Made by a program: the position numbers and the translations under genes
Notes under the pieces: model-generated
The model's input: the letters and a program-made list of their open reading frames with translations, nothing else
Databases searched by the model: none
What the model was told of the DNA's origin: nothing
Part shown: in pieces, positions 30,109-40,442 of the stretch
Position numbering within the stretch: position 1 is the stretch's first letter
Layout of the letters: each line of letters starts with the position of its first letter
DNA from: Rhodothermales bacterium
GTDB lineage: Bacteria; Bacteroidota; Rhodothermia; Rhodothermales; JAHQVL01
Length of the DNA: 64,000 bases
Assembly (NCBI GenBank): GCA_965263205.1
Contig: CBDHHF010000026.1
Location: 155,486 to 219,485, forward strand
Reading direction: 5' to 3'

Positions 30109-31379
30109 TTTTTAGCCTCCTCTTTCCTGGCTGCCAGTATCGCTCTCAATGGCCTGGCCAGCCTGCGTTCGTCCGGTAGTAGATTCGGATCGTCTTGCAA
30201 AACGACAAATGTAATCTGGGGGTAAACGCTCCTAAGCGTGTCAATTTGCTCCATTTGTTCGCCAATAACCTGCTGATCAAGAATTAAATAGTGACGGTGT
30301 GAATCTTCCCCCCCAAGCTCCTCTGCGATCCATGCCAGTGCATCGTTTATGAGCTGGCGCGAGACGATGATATTTTTGCTTCTATCTTCTGAATCTACAT
30401 ATTTCTCGATCAGGAATTGATCAAAGGCAGCCACCATACCCTGTTTAGGATCGCTGAACCCCATTTCAGGTGGCTCGTCGAGCAAGGAGCGACCCACGGG
30501 CCAGCTGCTACCGTCTAACGGCTCGCGATACAGGGCAGGACGCTTGCCCACCGCCGCCATAACAATCTCTGCAACCGTTTTGGTTTTTACTGGAAGCTGC
30601 ACAAAGGTGCTATTCATCAGCTCAGCATGCACAGAATCAACAGTATCCTGATCGTAGAGTATTGGTAACATAACATTGAGTACCTGCTGCAAATTGCCCA
30701 GGCTATGTTCATCGTCGGCAGCAATAGCCTTGAATACTTTAAACGCGATTTTCTCAAAAACACCAATCTCCGTTTGCCAGAGCCGGTCGACAATTTTTTC
30801 AACGCGCTGGGTCGGATCGGCGACGTTCAATTCCGCCCCAAAGGCTGCGGCGAGATTCTCAGCAGAAGCAAGCAAGTCGATGACCTCAGCCAGGGCACTA
30901 CCGTCGTTAGAGATTTTCCCCATCTGGCTATTCTGCCACTGCTGCAAAGCCCCTTCAACATCTTCTACAAGCTTGACCCATATAGCATCACGTTCTCCAG
31001 GTCTTTGATCCCTTAACGGGCGTGTAGGATTGTTGACTGACATGAACCTTGCGAGTTCAGACTGCTTAAAACGGCATGTTGACACGATCACTGGCAAAAT
31101 TACAACGCCGCGATCCTTGCTAGCATCCAGAAGTGCAGGCAATTCATATCGATAGATATAATCGGAAGCAAGGAAGCCAGGACTAACCAATAAGATAGCC
31201 ACACAACAGTCATTCAAAGCAGCTAAAATCTCTTCATGCCACTCCTGGCCGGCCTGTATCCGCGTGTCATCCCAGACATCAATATCTTCCGTCCGAATAA
31301 CAGGCTTTAGATGCGTCTGTAATTCACCTAAATACCTTTTGTCGTTATGACTGTAACTAATGAATACTTTTTTCGCCAT
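30105..31379 (-). CDS. TIR-domain protein with uncharacterised C-terminal region (third component of the MoxR-vWA system)
   Basis: VFISYSHND, WDDTRIQAGQEW..EI, LLVSPGFLASDYIYRYEL; 4-nt overlap with the MoxR gene. Confidence 0.88.
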   Translation of the reverse strand: MAKKVFISYSHNDKRYLGELQTHLKPVIRTEDIDVWDDTRIQAGQEWHEEILAALNDCCVAILLVSPGFLASDYIYRYELPALLDASKDRGVVILPVIVSTCRFKQSELARFMSVNNPTRPLRDQRPGERDAIWVKLVEDVEGALQQWQNSQMGKISNDGSALAEVIDLLASAENLAAAFGAELNVADPTQRVEKIVDRLWQTEIGVFEKIAFKVFKAIAADDEHSLGNLQQVLNVMLPILYDQDTVDSVHAELMNSTFVQLPVKTKTVAEIVMAAVGKRPALYREPLDGSSWPVGRSLLDEPPEMGFSDPKQGMVAAFDQFLIEKYVDSEDRSKNIIVSRQLINDALAWIAEELGGEDSHRHYLILDQQVIGEQMEQIDTLRSVYPQITFVVLQDDPNLLPDERRLARPLRAILAARKEEAKK

Positions 31380-32018
31380 GAGCGTAGCGGATATAATAGA
31401 ACAGATTTCTCTTCCCTCTGGAAGGTATGATTTTAAAATACCTTAGGTTTCTAGACAAAAATCAGTCACAATAACAAGAAGGGGAATTCAGAGCATGCCA
31501 GTCGTTTTATTTCTTGTGTGGGGGCAACACGCGTTCTTTCAATTCAAGTCGCCAAGAATATTGTACAGAGGTAGCATGGATAGGCTCGCATATGAATTAC
31601 AGAATTCATCCCTACTATTAAACCTTTATTAACGATATCTAAGCTAAATAAATAGCCAAAACAGTATGCTCATGCAATCAGATGATTTATCCAATCATAC
31701 AAATTGATGACATGAAATTTTTTCTCCTACAAGACAATAATTTCCTTTATGCAAGTAGTCTACTTCCGAGCCATTATCACTGACTTGTGTAAGCCATTAC
31801 AAAGTAGTCGTATCCATTACGCTTCCTTACCCTAAGCTACCGGATATTATCCCCTCTTTAACCAACTCTTCGCCGCATTCGGGGCTGTCTATATATAGCT
31901 TTTAATAGACAGATTACCCTTGATACTGACGAAGATCCAACCTGACTTGTCATCGCCGTAGTTTTTTCCTTTAATCATTCTCATCACTACAACGCTATAA
32001 CTAGAACACGCAGTATAA

Positions 32019-33056
32019 ATGGACATATTTATTTCGCACGCTAGCGAAGACAAGGATGATTTTGTGAGGCCGCTCGCTAATGAACTTAGAAGGAGAGGGG
32101 TTCAGGTGTGGTATGATGAGTATTCATTGACGATAGGTGATCGACTCCGCCATTCGATAGTAAAAGGATTACAAACATCGAGATTTGGTGTCGTCATTTT
32201 TAGCAAGCATTTCTTCAGGAAGAAGTGGCCACAGCTAGAACTAGACGGCTTAGTCACACTGGAAGAGGATCGAAGAAAAGTAATATTACCAGTATGGCAC
32301 GGCGTATCCTTTGACGAAGTGGCAGCATTCTCGCCAATATTAGCAGATAGAATTGCAATTAGCTCAGAACTTGGTATCCAAACCGTTGCAGATAAAATAG
32401 AACAAGTATTACGAAATGAAGAGTCCCACAATCATGATTTAAATCAGTCTTCCTCAGTTACCCCAAAAGATCATGCCCCAACGTCTACAAATCGGAAGGC
32501 AGTACTGCTCTGGGGACTGGTTATAGCCTCAATGGTCACAGGATTGTTATTCCTGCAAAGTTTTAACAAAAGAGGCCCAAAAGAATCTGATTTAAGCTGG
32601 TCTTTGATTTCAGACGGGGAAATAATGGGCCGAGTAACGCAGTATGGTGGAGGTGGTAAAAACTTCAGCGGTATTGCATACCGTTATGATGAAGTGGAAT
32701 TCCAGGTTACCAATACGAGCAAAAAAGACTTACAGTTGAGCGCTTTGGCTTTTTGGGCTACTGCGAATGACAGTGTGATTGCCAGTGGAAATACTCGTAT
32801 AGAAAGAGAAATTTCGAAGATCCAGCCAGGTCAATCAGAGTTATTCCTGGAATCTATTCCTATTCACAGAGTAGATGAACACCCAGAATTCAATCGCTTT
32901 CTACTTGACTACAGATTAGAAGCGGGTGACTCCCACATAGCTGATTTTGGCGCAATTGCGTTATACTTGTTGTATGTAAATGAAGTGGGCAAGCGGGACT
33001 CTATTCAATTAAGTAATCGTCTCTTGAATAATATAGAGATTCCTCTAGAATTTTGA
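32019..33056 (+). CDS. TIR domain - transmembrane helix - extracytoplasmic domain protein
   Basis: DIFISHASEDKDDFVRPLA, WYDEY, KKWPQLELDGL; TM AVLLWGLVIASMVTGLLFL. Confidence 0.87.
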   Translation: MDIFISHASEDKDDFVRPLANELRRRGVQVWYDEYSLTIGDRLRHSIVKGLQTSRFGVVIFSKHFFRKKWPQLELDGLVTLEEDRRKVILPVWHGVSFDEVAAFSPILADRIAISSELGIQTVADKIEQVLRNEESHNHDLNQSSSVTPKDHAPTSTNRKAVLLWGLVIASMVTGLLFLQSFNKRGPKESDLSWSLISDGEIMGRVTQYGGGGKNFSGIAYRYDEVEFQVTNTSKKDLQLSALAFWATANDSVIASGNTRIEREISKIQPGQSELFLESIPIHRVDEHPEFNRFLLDYRLEAGDSHIADFGAIALYLLYVNEVGKRDSIQLSNRLLNNIEIPLEF

Positions 33057-33197
33057 TGTATGCATGAGTATCTACCAACCAGCACACTTGATGCAATCAT
33101 GTTTGCAAATGTTGGTTAGAAAGTGCCGTGTTTTCCAGCACCCAATCGAGCACCCACAAAATTTCTGTGACACCTAACCCCCCCCCCCTAAAAACAC

Positions 33198-33223
33198 CAA
33201 AAGCCCGCCTTTTCAGGCGAGCT
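33198..33223 (-). terminator. Probable terminator after the tRNA pair
   Basis: AAGCCCGCCT-TTTC-AGGCGAGCTT hairpin with T-run on the minus strand. Confidence 0.55.
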
Positions 33224-33299
33224 TGGTACCGCGTACGGGATTTGAACCCGTGTTACCGGCGTGAAAGGCCAGCGTCCTAGACCCCTAGACGAACGCGGC
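33224..33299 (-). tRNA. tRNA-Glu (TTC)
   Basis: GCCGCGT acceptor stem, anticodon loop CTTTCAC, GGTTCAAATCC, encoded CCA. Confidence 0.95.
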
Positions 33300-33306
33300 A
33301 TTGTAG

Positions 33307-33381
33307 GGTGATCGAGGGGATTTGAACCCCCGACCTCCAGGGCCACAACCTGGCGCTCTAACCAACTGAGCTACGACCACC
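33307..33381 (-). tRNA. tRNA-His (GTG)
   Basis: G-1, AGCTCAGTTGGTTAGAGC D-arm, TTGTGGC anticodon loop, GGTTCAAATCC. Confidence 0.95.
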
Positions 33382-33645
33382 ATGTACAAGCCCTGTTACA
33401 AGGCCGTTCCCAACTGAGTTGCAGAATATAGGAAAAACAGAATAGCGTTCAAATGAACTTTCTATGCATGATTTCCAGCTTCTGCGGTCAAATAACAGTA
33501 GAGAACTCACACTTGCTTCGGTGTCATAAAAACACCGTAACGAGTGCCTCTCTTTTTTCAGAGGAGACGTAAACTACCATTGTACTATTCGGTTCCAAAT
33601 TCCTGTACAAGTTTCGCCTCCCCTTTACCCGGCGTGCTCAGACAA

Positions 33646-34110
33646 TTAACACGCCTTTAGTACATTCACCATCTCAATGGCTGCAATTGCGGCTTCCGCC
33701 CCTTTGTTGCCGGCTTTGGTCCCCGCGCGTTCAATAGCTTGCTCAATGGTCTCCGTGGTGATGACGCCAAACATGACCGGCACACCCGTATCCAGTGAAG
33801 CAGCCATAATCCCTGAAGCAGCCTGGCCGGCTACAAAATCATAGTGCGTAGTCGCGCCACGAATCACGGCACCCAGGCAAATCACAGCGTCATATTTTCC
33901 GCTTTCTGCCATTTTTTTCACTACAAGCGGTGCCTCAAACGCGCCCGGGCACCAGGCAACCGTTACGGCATCCATGTTCGCGCCATGCCGCTTGAGTGCA
34001 TCGAGCGCACCCTCCAACAGCTTCTGGGTGATAAACTCGTTGAAGCGGCTTACTACAATTGCAAACCGGGCATCACCGGGTTGCAGGTTGCCGTCGATAT
34101 ATTCTGCCAT
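33646..34110 (-). CDS. ribH: 6,7-dimethyl-8-ribityllumazine synthase
   Basis: [29 protein letters not shown]. Confidence 0.97.
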   Translation of the reverse strand: MAEYIDGNLQPGDARFAIVVSRFNEFITQKLLEGALDALKRHGANMDAVTVAWCPGAFEAPLVVKKMAESGKYDAVICLGAVIRGATTHYDFVAGQAASGIMAASLDTGVPVMFGVITTETIEQAIERAGTKAGNKGAEAAIAAIEMVNVLKAC

Positions 34111-34169
34111 GCCTGTATCTTGAATTGATTAACGTTTCTATATATTAGCGCCGGCACATCCTCAAAGAA

Positions 34170-34997
34170 TCAGGCAGCGCGGCGACGCTGAAAGGCGCGG
34201 TATTGCTGATCGGTAAACCCGATCGTACCAAAATTCTTGTCATCTTTTGACCGCATCCCGTGGAAATCTGACCCACCGGTGGTCAAAAGCGATAATCGAT
34301 GAGCAACATCGATATAGAAGGTGCGCAGCATTTCGTCGTGCGAAGGATGCACCACTTCTACCCCATCAAGGCCCAGCGCTTGTAAGCGCTCCAGATCCCG
34401 ATCGCTCACCCAATGGCCGGGATGCGCAAGCACAGCAATACCGCCGGCCGCATGCAACACATCGATTGCCTCTTTAGCATCGGGTAATGCCTTAGGCACG
34501 TCCGCCGGCCCGCCATTGCGCAGATACTTCAAAAAGGCCTGCTCCGATGTATCAACATACCGCTTGGATACCAGGAGTTGCGCAACGTGCGGCCGACCTA
34601 TTGCCGGCCCTTCAGCCACAGCACGCACCTCCTCAAAATCTAAGGCCACCCCGAGGTCATTCAACTTGCGTACCATCTCCCGAGCGCGGGCGGTACGTGC
34701 TTCCTGATAATGTACGAGGAACGCGTTTAATTCCGGGTTATTGATATCGAAATCATAACCCAGCAAGTGAAGCTCACGTCCCAGAAACCGGATACTCAGC
34801 TCGACACCGGGCATAATGGTCAGGCCGGCTTGTTCAGCCGCTGCCATGGCCGGCGCAATACCATCGATGGTATCGTGATCCGTGATTGCCAGTAACTCCA
34901 GCCCACGTGCCGCCGCTTTCTCCACCAACGCCTCCGGCGACAACACGCCATCAGAGCACGTTGTGTGGGTATGCATATCGACAACAACTTCCGCCAT
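34170..34997 (-). CDS. PHP-domain phosphoesterase
   Basis: DMHTHTTCSDG, AITDHDT, LAHP, GGSDFHG. Confidence 0.92.
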   Translation of the reverse strand: MAEVVVDMHTHTTCSDGVLSPEALVEKAAARGLELLAITDHDTIDGIAPAMAAAEQAGLTIMPGVELSIRFLGRELHLLGYDFDINNPELNAFLVHYQEARTARAREMVRKLNDLGVALDFEEVRAVAEGPAIGRPHVAQLLVSKRYVDTSEQAFLKYLRNGGPADVPKALPDAKEAIDVLHAAGGIAVLAHPGHWVSDRDLERLQALGLDGVEVVHPSHDEMLRTFYIDVAHRLSLLTTGGSDFHGMRSKDDKNFGTIGFTDQQYRAFQRRRAA

Positions 34998-35162
34998 AAG
35001 GTATCCTCGCTCATTAAATTTTCGGCTGCATAAAACTATCTTAGCCCTATTTAGTTTTGCACTTATTATTCTACTGCGCGTAACACGAGGGTATGCTCAT
35101 GCGTATTTTTTTCGATGTTTACACGCACCACTGTATAACCCTCCGTGTAACCTCCCTTTAAA

Positions 35163-35717
35163 ATGGACCACATGTGGAGCCCATGGCGCTCCGTACATAT
35201 AGAAAAAAATGCCAGGTCCAAGACAACGTCGCCTGACCCAGCGTCTGTCTTCACCCGGCTTCATACGCAACATAACGACGAAGAGAACCTCATACTATGG
35301 CGCGGCGCTGAGGTATTTGTCATTATGAATCTGTATCCATACAACAATGGACACTTGATGGTAGTACCTTACCGTGAAGTAGCGGCATACGAGCAGTTGT
35401 CAACCTCAGCAATGATGGAAATGGCGCTGGTTGTAAAACTGTGTATTCAAGCCCTGAAATATGCCTTTGCCCCCGATGCATTCAACGTTGGAATGAATTT
35501 GGGTAAAGCTGCTGGTGCAGGCATTCCACGCCATTTGCATATGCATATTGTCCCCAGATGGCACGGAGACACGAACTTTATGCCTACGCTTGCTGAAACA
35601 AAGGTAATCCCAGAAGCACTCAGAGACTCCTACAAAAAAATAAAAACGGCGTGGGAGCGCCTTGATTTATCCGAACTCGACGTGCTTAGCAAAAATCAGG
35701 ACGGAAGAATTTCTTAA
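35163..35717 (+). CDS. HIT family hydrolase
   Basis: NLYPYNNGH, HLHMHIVPRW. Confidence 0.92.
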   Translation: MDHMWSPWRSVHIEKNARSKTTSPDPASVFTRLHTQHNDEENLILWRGAEVFVIMNLYPYNNGHLMVVPYREVAAYEQLSTSAMMEMALVVKLCIQALKYAFAPDAFNVGMNLGKAAGAGIPRHLHMHIVPRWHGDTNFMPTLAETKVIPEALRDSYKKIKTAWERLDLSELDVLSKNQDGRIS

Positions 35718-35813
35718 TTTGAAAGGCTACACCTTATCTTTGCTATTTGCAGACCCGCGTATACACTGTATTGTAACCAACCCGTACTGCTAACGCCACC
35801 TGGCAGCAATAAA

Positions 35814-36959
35814 ATGTCTGAACCGCGCATCGTTTCGAATCAAGATGAGATGCCTGCTTTGCCCAAGCGCAATGACAGGGCGGTTCGTGATATCAAGCTG
35901 AGCTTCCAAAATATTCTCTGGCCGCTCATGCTCAGTCTGGTTGTACTCACGCTGGTAGGCTACTTTACGTTTGAGCCGGCTGTCTTCAAAGAAACCCTTA
36001 ACGGTCTAAATATCTGGTTCTTAAGTGCAGCCATCGTCACTATCGTATTGCGCGTGGTGTTTGGTGCCTGGCGGTTTAGCTTCATTTCCAGAGGCCAGTT
36101 AGGATTTGTCAAAGGATTGCGGGGGCAGCTCGCGTGGGACTTTTTCTCCAACGTCACACCAGCAGCCCTCGGCGGCGGTCCTTTTGCCGCCATCTATGTG
36201 GCTAAAGATTCAAAAATGCAGCTTGGTGAAACGACTGCACTGGTCCTGTTTACCATTCTACTGGACCAGCTCTGGTCTGCCCTCATGATCCCGTTCATTT
36301 TAATATCTGCGGCATACATCGCGGTTATTCCGCCGGAGCTGGGTTCACTGGGTAGCGTTGCCGTCGTCGGCTATTTCCTTATTATGTTGAGCTGGGTTTG
36401 TGTATTTGGCTATGCAACCCTGTTCCGGCCCGAACTTGTGGAGCGGTTCAGCGACCGCATTTTCAGCATTGGGATTCTGAAACGCTTTCGCAAACGTGTT
36501 GCGTCTGAGATGACCAAAATGAGTGAAAGCGCCGCCATGCTGCGCTCGCAGCCGCCGTCGTTTTTCTCCACCGCGTTTCTGCTCACAGCCGCCACATGGA
36601 TTCCCCGCTATTTGCTCCCCGTCTTTATTGTTCTGAGCGTATTTGAAGACCTCGAGGCATTCCTGTTCTTCTTGCGGGGCATCACCATGACGGTCAGTTC
36701 GTTCATCGTCCCAACACCAGGAGGCGCCGGCGGCATCGAAGGACTCTACGTGCTATTCCTGGGGCCACTCATGCCTAAAGCGCTTGTTGCGCCCACCTTG
36801 TTTATGTGGCGATTCTTCGGGTATTACATCTTTGTGACGCTTGGCGCATTCCTGTTTTATTCAGGTAAAAAACGCGGCGAAGACAAAAGCGAGGCGCCAG
36901 TAGCCGATGCTGATGCAATCGCGCTGCCTTCTACCGAACCAGAACCTGAGTTTCGCTGA
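35814..36959 (+). CDS. Lysylphosphatidylglycerol synthase TM / flippase-like (UPF0104) protein
   Basis: Multiple TMs, NVTPAALGG, PTPGGAGGIE, WRFFGYY. Confidence 0.82.
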   Translation: MSEPRIVSNQDEMPALPKRNDRAVRDIKLSFQNILWPLMLSLVVLTLVGYFTFEPAVFKETLNGLNIWFLSAAIVTIVLRVVFGAWRFSFISRGQLGFVKGLRGQLAWDFFSNVTPAALGGGPFAAIYVAKDSKMQLGETTALVLFTILLDQLWSALMIPFILISAAYIAVIPPELGSLGSVAVVGYFLIMLSWVCVFGYATLFRPELVERFSDRIFSIGILKRFRKRVASEMTKMSESAAMLRSQPPSFFSTAFLLTAATWIPRYLLPVFIVLSVFEDLEAFLFFLRGITMTVSSFIVPTPGGAGGIEGLYVLFLGPLMPKALVAPTLFMWRFFGYYIFVTLGAFLFYSGKKRGEDKSEAPVADADAIALPSTEPEPEFR

Positions 36960-36986
36960 TAGCGAAGAATAATATCCCAAGGACAC

Positions 36987-38036
36987 GTGTTACTCTCCCC
37001 CCCTGCCGTAGCGCGCAGCAATGCTGCTGCTTATGATTTTCGCGCACTGAGCAATGCAACCGTATTCGGCACCGCGAGTGATCGGTATGCCGGCTGGATT
37101 GGCCAGATCTATCCTGAATCGTATACGGAGGAAGTGTCCTCACGCAACCGCAAACTAGGTGGACAAACCTACCAGGAGCGTACACTACCAATCAGCTCCG
37201 TTGCCGACTATTTTCAGCATTTTGAAGTCCTGGAAATCGACTTCACGTACTACCGGCCGTTGCGTGACCCGGATTTGAGCCCATCGAGCAATGCTTTTGT
37301 ACTGGAGCAGTACGCTGCTGCTGCACCGGAACATGCACAGTTCCTACTCAAGGCACCACAGCAATATTTTACGCGTATCCTGCGACGTTCGCGCGACGGT
37401 GAAACGGTGTACCTTGAAAACGAGGATTTCCTGAACGCCAACGCGTACATCAAACAATTTCTTGAACCGGCACAGGAAACGCTGGGTAACCGGCTCAAAG
37501 GGATTATTTTTGAACAATCGTACCAGCGGGTGGCTGATAGCCCTTCGGATGTGCAGAACATTGCGGAGCTCGATAGCTTCTTCAAAGATCTCCCCAACAA
37601 CGTGCAAGGGCATCTCGAAATCAGATCACCTCATTTACTAACGCCGGCCTACTTTGCCTGGTTGGAAAGTGCCGGCCTGGGCTTTGTGTTCAGTCACTGG
37701 ACATGGCTCCCGGCCTTACGCGACCAGTGGCAACGATGCAATCAGCGATTTTCTGCTGAAGATCGATCGGTCATTGTGCGTCTACTTACGCCTTTGCGCC
37801 TTTCTTACGCAAAAGCGTACGCCCAGGCTCATCCATTCGACAAACCTGTTGACGCGATTGTCAACAGCCAGGGCGGCAACAACATGATTCTTGATACCAC
37901 AGCGCTTGCGTTCCAGGCCTACCGTCAGGAAGCCCAACTGCATATTATTGCCAATAACAGGGCCTGGGGTAATTCACCAGCACTAGCACAGGCCATTGCG
38001 TATCGGATTATTGATCACGCGGAGAAGCAGGGATAG
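36987..38036 (+). CDS. DUF72 family protein
   Basis: FGTASDRYAGWIGQIYP, YFQHFEVLEIDFTYY, IIANN. Confidence 0.8.
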   Translation: MLLSPPAVARSNAAAYDFRALSNATVFGTASDRYAGWIGQIYPESYTEEVSSRNRKLGGQTYQERTLPISSVADYFQHFEVLEIDFTYYRPLRDPDLSPSSNAFVLEQYAAAAPEHAQFLLKAPQQYFTRILRRSRDGETVYLENEDFLNANAYIKQFLEPAQETLGNRLKGIIFEQSYQRVADSPSDVQNIAELDSFFKDLPNNVQGHLEIRSPHLLTPAYFAWLESAGLGFVFSHWTWLPALRDQWQRCNQRFSAEDRSVIVRLLTPLRLSYAKAYAQAHPFDKPVDAIVNSQGGNNMILDTTALAFQAYRQEAQLHIIANNRAWGNSPALAQAIAYRIIDHAEKQG

Positions 38037-38823
38037 CAGCTACCGAGCGGTTGTCAAAACGGGCTGACTCTCGGTCGTAGTGCTTGAAATATGCTTCCTG
38101 GAACGGTGCAGTCAACTGGATTGCAGCATACGCAGCAAGTCCTTTCAGCACGCTTTCCATTTCTAGATACGAGAGCTGCGCCAAATCGGCTGGCGTACTG
38201 ACACCCTGCAGGGGCCGGCCCACTTGCAACAACGCACCCGATACGGGGACAATTTCCAGTACCTCACCTTCCCATATCTTTGCATCGCTGGATACTTCGA
38301 CAAGCTTTAACCGCCCCATCACCTCAAAATAGGCTACGCCGTCCCAGGCATCAGCACCAATGCCATAGTCCTCAATAGTCAACTCCAGCCGATAATCTGC
38401 AGCTTCAGCCTCCTCAACCGGCTCAAAACGCATCAAGGATGCGCTGCGAAGGTGCGTCGCGTCTACGATACCTGCAGACATATCAAAATCAATGAGCACG
38501 CTGTCGATCAAAACGTGGACTTCGCTGGCAGGCTTGGGCGGGTTGACGCTTACGTCAGATTTGTGAACCACTAGAGGGGGTATTTCAGGACTCCCACGTT
38601 CTTCTCTCGTGGCAATTGGGAGATCTTGCCCTACCCGATCAAAGATAGTCATATCGAAATCGGCAAACGGTGCTGTCGGCATATCTGCTGCAACTGCAAC
38701 ACGTTTGTTCTCAAGAGAATGTTGAGCAAGGTTGTGCGATTGAGCACAACTGCTACACAACAGCAAGAGCAGCAAGCTGCCTGTGAGTACGCTGGAGTTC
38801 ATGATTCTGCCTATAATATCCAC
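38008..38823 (-). CDS. Hypothetical lipoprotein
   Basis: Hydrophobic leader ending CSSC; 271-aa ORF. Confidence 0.65.
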   Translation of the reverse strand: MDIIGRIMNSSVLTGSLLLLLLCSSCAQSHNLAQHSLENKRVAVAADMPTAPFADFDMTIFDRVGQDLPIATREERGSPEIPPLVVHKSDVSVNPPKPASEVHVLIDSVLIDFDMSAGIVDATHLRSASLMRFEPVEEAEAADYRLELTIEDYGIGADAWDGVAYFEVMGRLKLVEVSSDAKIWEGEVLEIVPVSGALLQVGRPLQGVSTPADLAQLSYLEMESVLKGLAAYAAIQLTAPFQEAYFKHYDRESARFDNRSVAAIPASPRDQ

Positions 38824-39027
38824 GGATACGCTAAAAGCGGCAATTTTCGGTCCACGACGCGAATTATTAGCATACAGCCTAAAATGCGATGTTGCAACCC
38901 GCAGGTTGTCTTAGCCTGCATACAATAGCCGACCAGAATCTGGAGCAATGACAGGTTGAAGATTACAGGTTCTTGGCCTTTTACTCACATCGTTTAGGGC
39001 GTGTAGACAATTAGTAATAGCGTTCAG

Positions 39028-39645
39028 CTATCTGGCTCCAAGGTGCAAGCGGAGTTGTGGCTGGAGTTTTCTTGCCCAGTGGGTATACATTAAAGGTGCT
39101 GGATGTAAGCCATCAGCCGCCCAGGCATGGGGGTCAGCTTTGTTTTCACGCGTCAGCACAGTTACATCAGCATACATGCAGCCACGACGATAGGCAATGC
39201 TACAATTGATCTTGTTGTAGGCGTCGATTTCATCAGCAATGTCTTTCGAAGAACGCGTTGCATCTTGCTGTGCAAAAGGCGTGACGCCCCAGTCTGGTAT
39301 CGAGAGGACTAATACGCGTTCGGGTTGATCGCCGGCGCAGGCAATAGCACGCGTCAGCAACACATCAAATTCTTCTTGATACTGCTCTATGGCCAGGCCC
39401 TGGTACTGATTGTTAACACCGATGAGCAATGAGACCAGATCGTAGGTAGGTCGCGCTGCATCCTTATCCAGCGCGTGCAGCAAATCGCGAGTGGTCCAGC
39501 CCGTCTCGGCTATAATTTCTGGTGGATTAAATGGGATTCCGTCTGAGGCCAGTAGATCTACGAGTTGGGCCGGCCATCCTTCTTCTCGGGTGACACCTTC
39601 GCCAATTGTATACGAGTCGCCAAGCGCCAGAAAATTATTGTGCAT
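39028..39645 (-). CDS. SGNH/GDSL hydrolase
   Basis: GDSYT, GVNN, DGLHP. Confidence 0.92.
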   Translation of the reverse strand: MHNNFLALGDSYTIGEGVTREEGWPAQLVDLLASDGIPFNPPEIIAETGWTTRDLLHALDKDAARPTYDLVSLLIGVNNQYQGLAIEQYQEEFDVLLTRAIACAGDQPERVLVLSIPDWGVTPFAQQDATRSSKDIADEIDAYNKINCSIAYRRGCMYADVTVLTRENKADPHAWAADGLHPAPLMYTHWARKLQPQLRLHLGAR

Positions 39646-40442
39646 ATGAGATAAACAAAAAAAGCCTATTGCATCTTGCCGGTCAACTTACGGGTCAACC
39701 AGGACAAGGTGCAATAGGCCTGATAAAACGTGGGTCCGTCTTATTCTCCCAGGGCACAATAAGGCGTGTGTTGCATCATCAACCTTGTGCCGTTTATCAG
39801 TTTGTCACAGCTTGTAATCTGTGAACAAGATTCGCGTCGAAGCGAATTCTTTTTGCTACCCGTGAAAGGGTAGTCTCAAATTTTGGTCGTGCCCAACGGA
39901 TCTGGTCTTTGGTCTGGAGGGACCCATCCTTGATTCGTCCATTGAAGCGTACGGTGTGGGGAGCAAATTCATGCGATGTACGGAACGGCTGCTGCATGAG
40001 TTTGACTGAGTTTGTTTTTAGTTACGTCTGGATTAATGACAAGGACCATGCCCAACTTGTATTTCACTGCATAAATAAAACACATTTTTGTGACACCGAA
40101 GGGAAAGATGCCCTTTTTAGCGACAAAAAGGCTATTTAAGCAATTGATTACAAGAACTTCATAAAATCAGCCGGCCATTCTCCCCTACAGTTGCGTCAGT
40201 GAAAACAAGCAGTTTTAGTAATCAAAACGATCCTAAATCGTAATCTCTCAAGGCTGATCTCAGCTTGAGACTTCCAGCGCAAAGGTGGTTGCTATCCCTT
40301 GAGAGATCCTTCGCAGGGCTCAGCATGACGGGATTCAAGCAGATCAGCAATCCCAATTCAACAATCCACAATCAGCAATCAAAAAGAAAAGGGACACACC
40401 GTAGTGCATCCCTTTTCGATTTACTTAGTCGTGAAACTAAAC

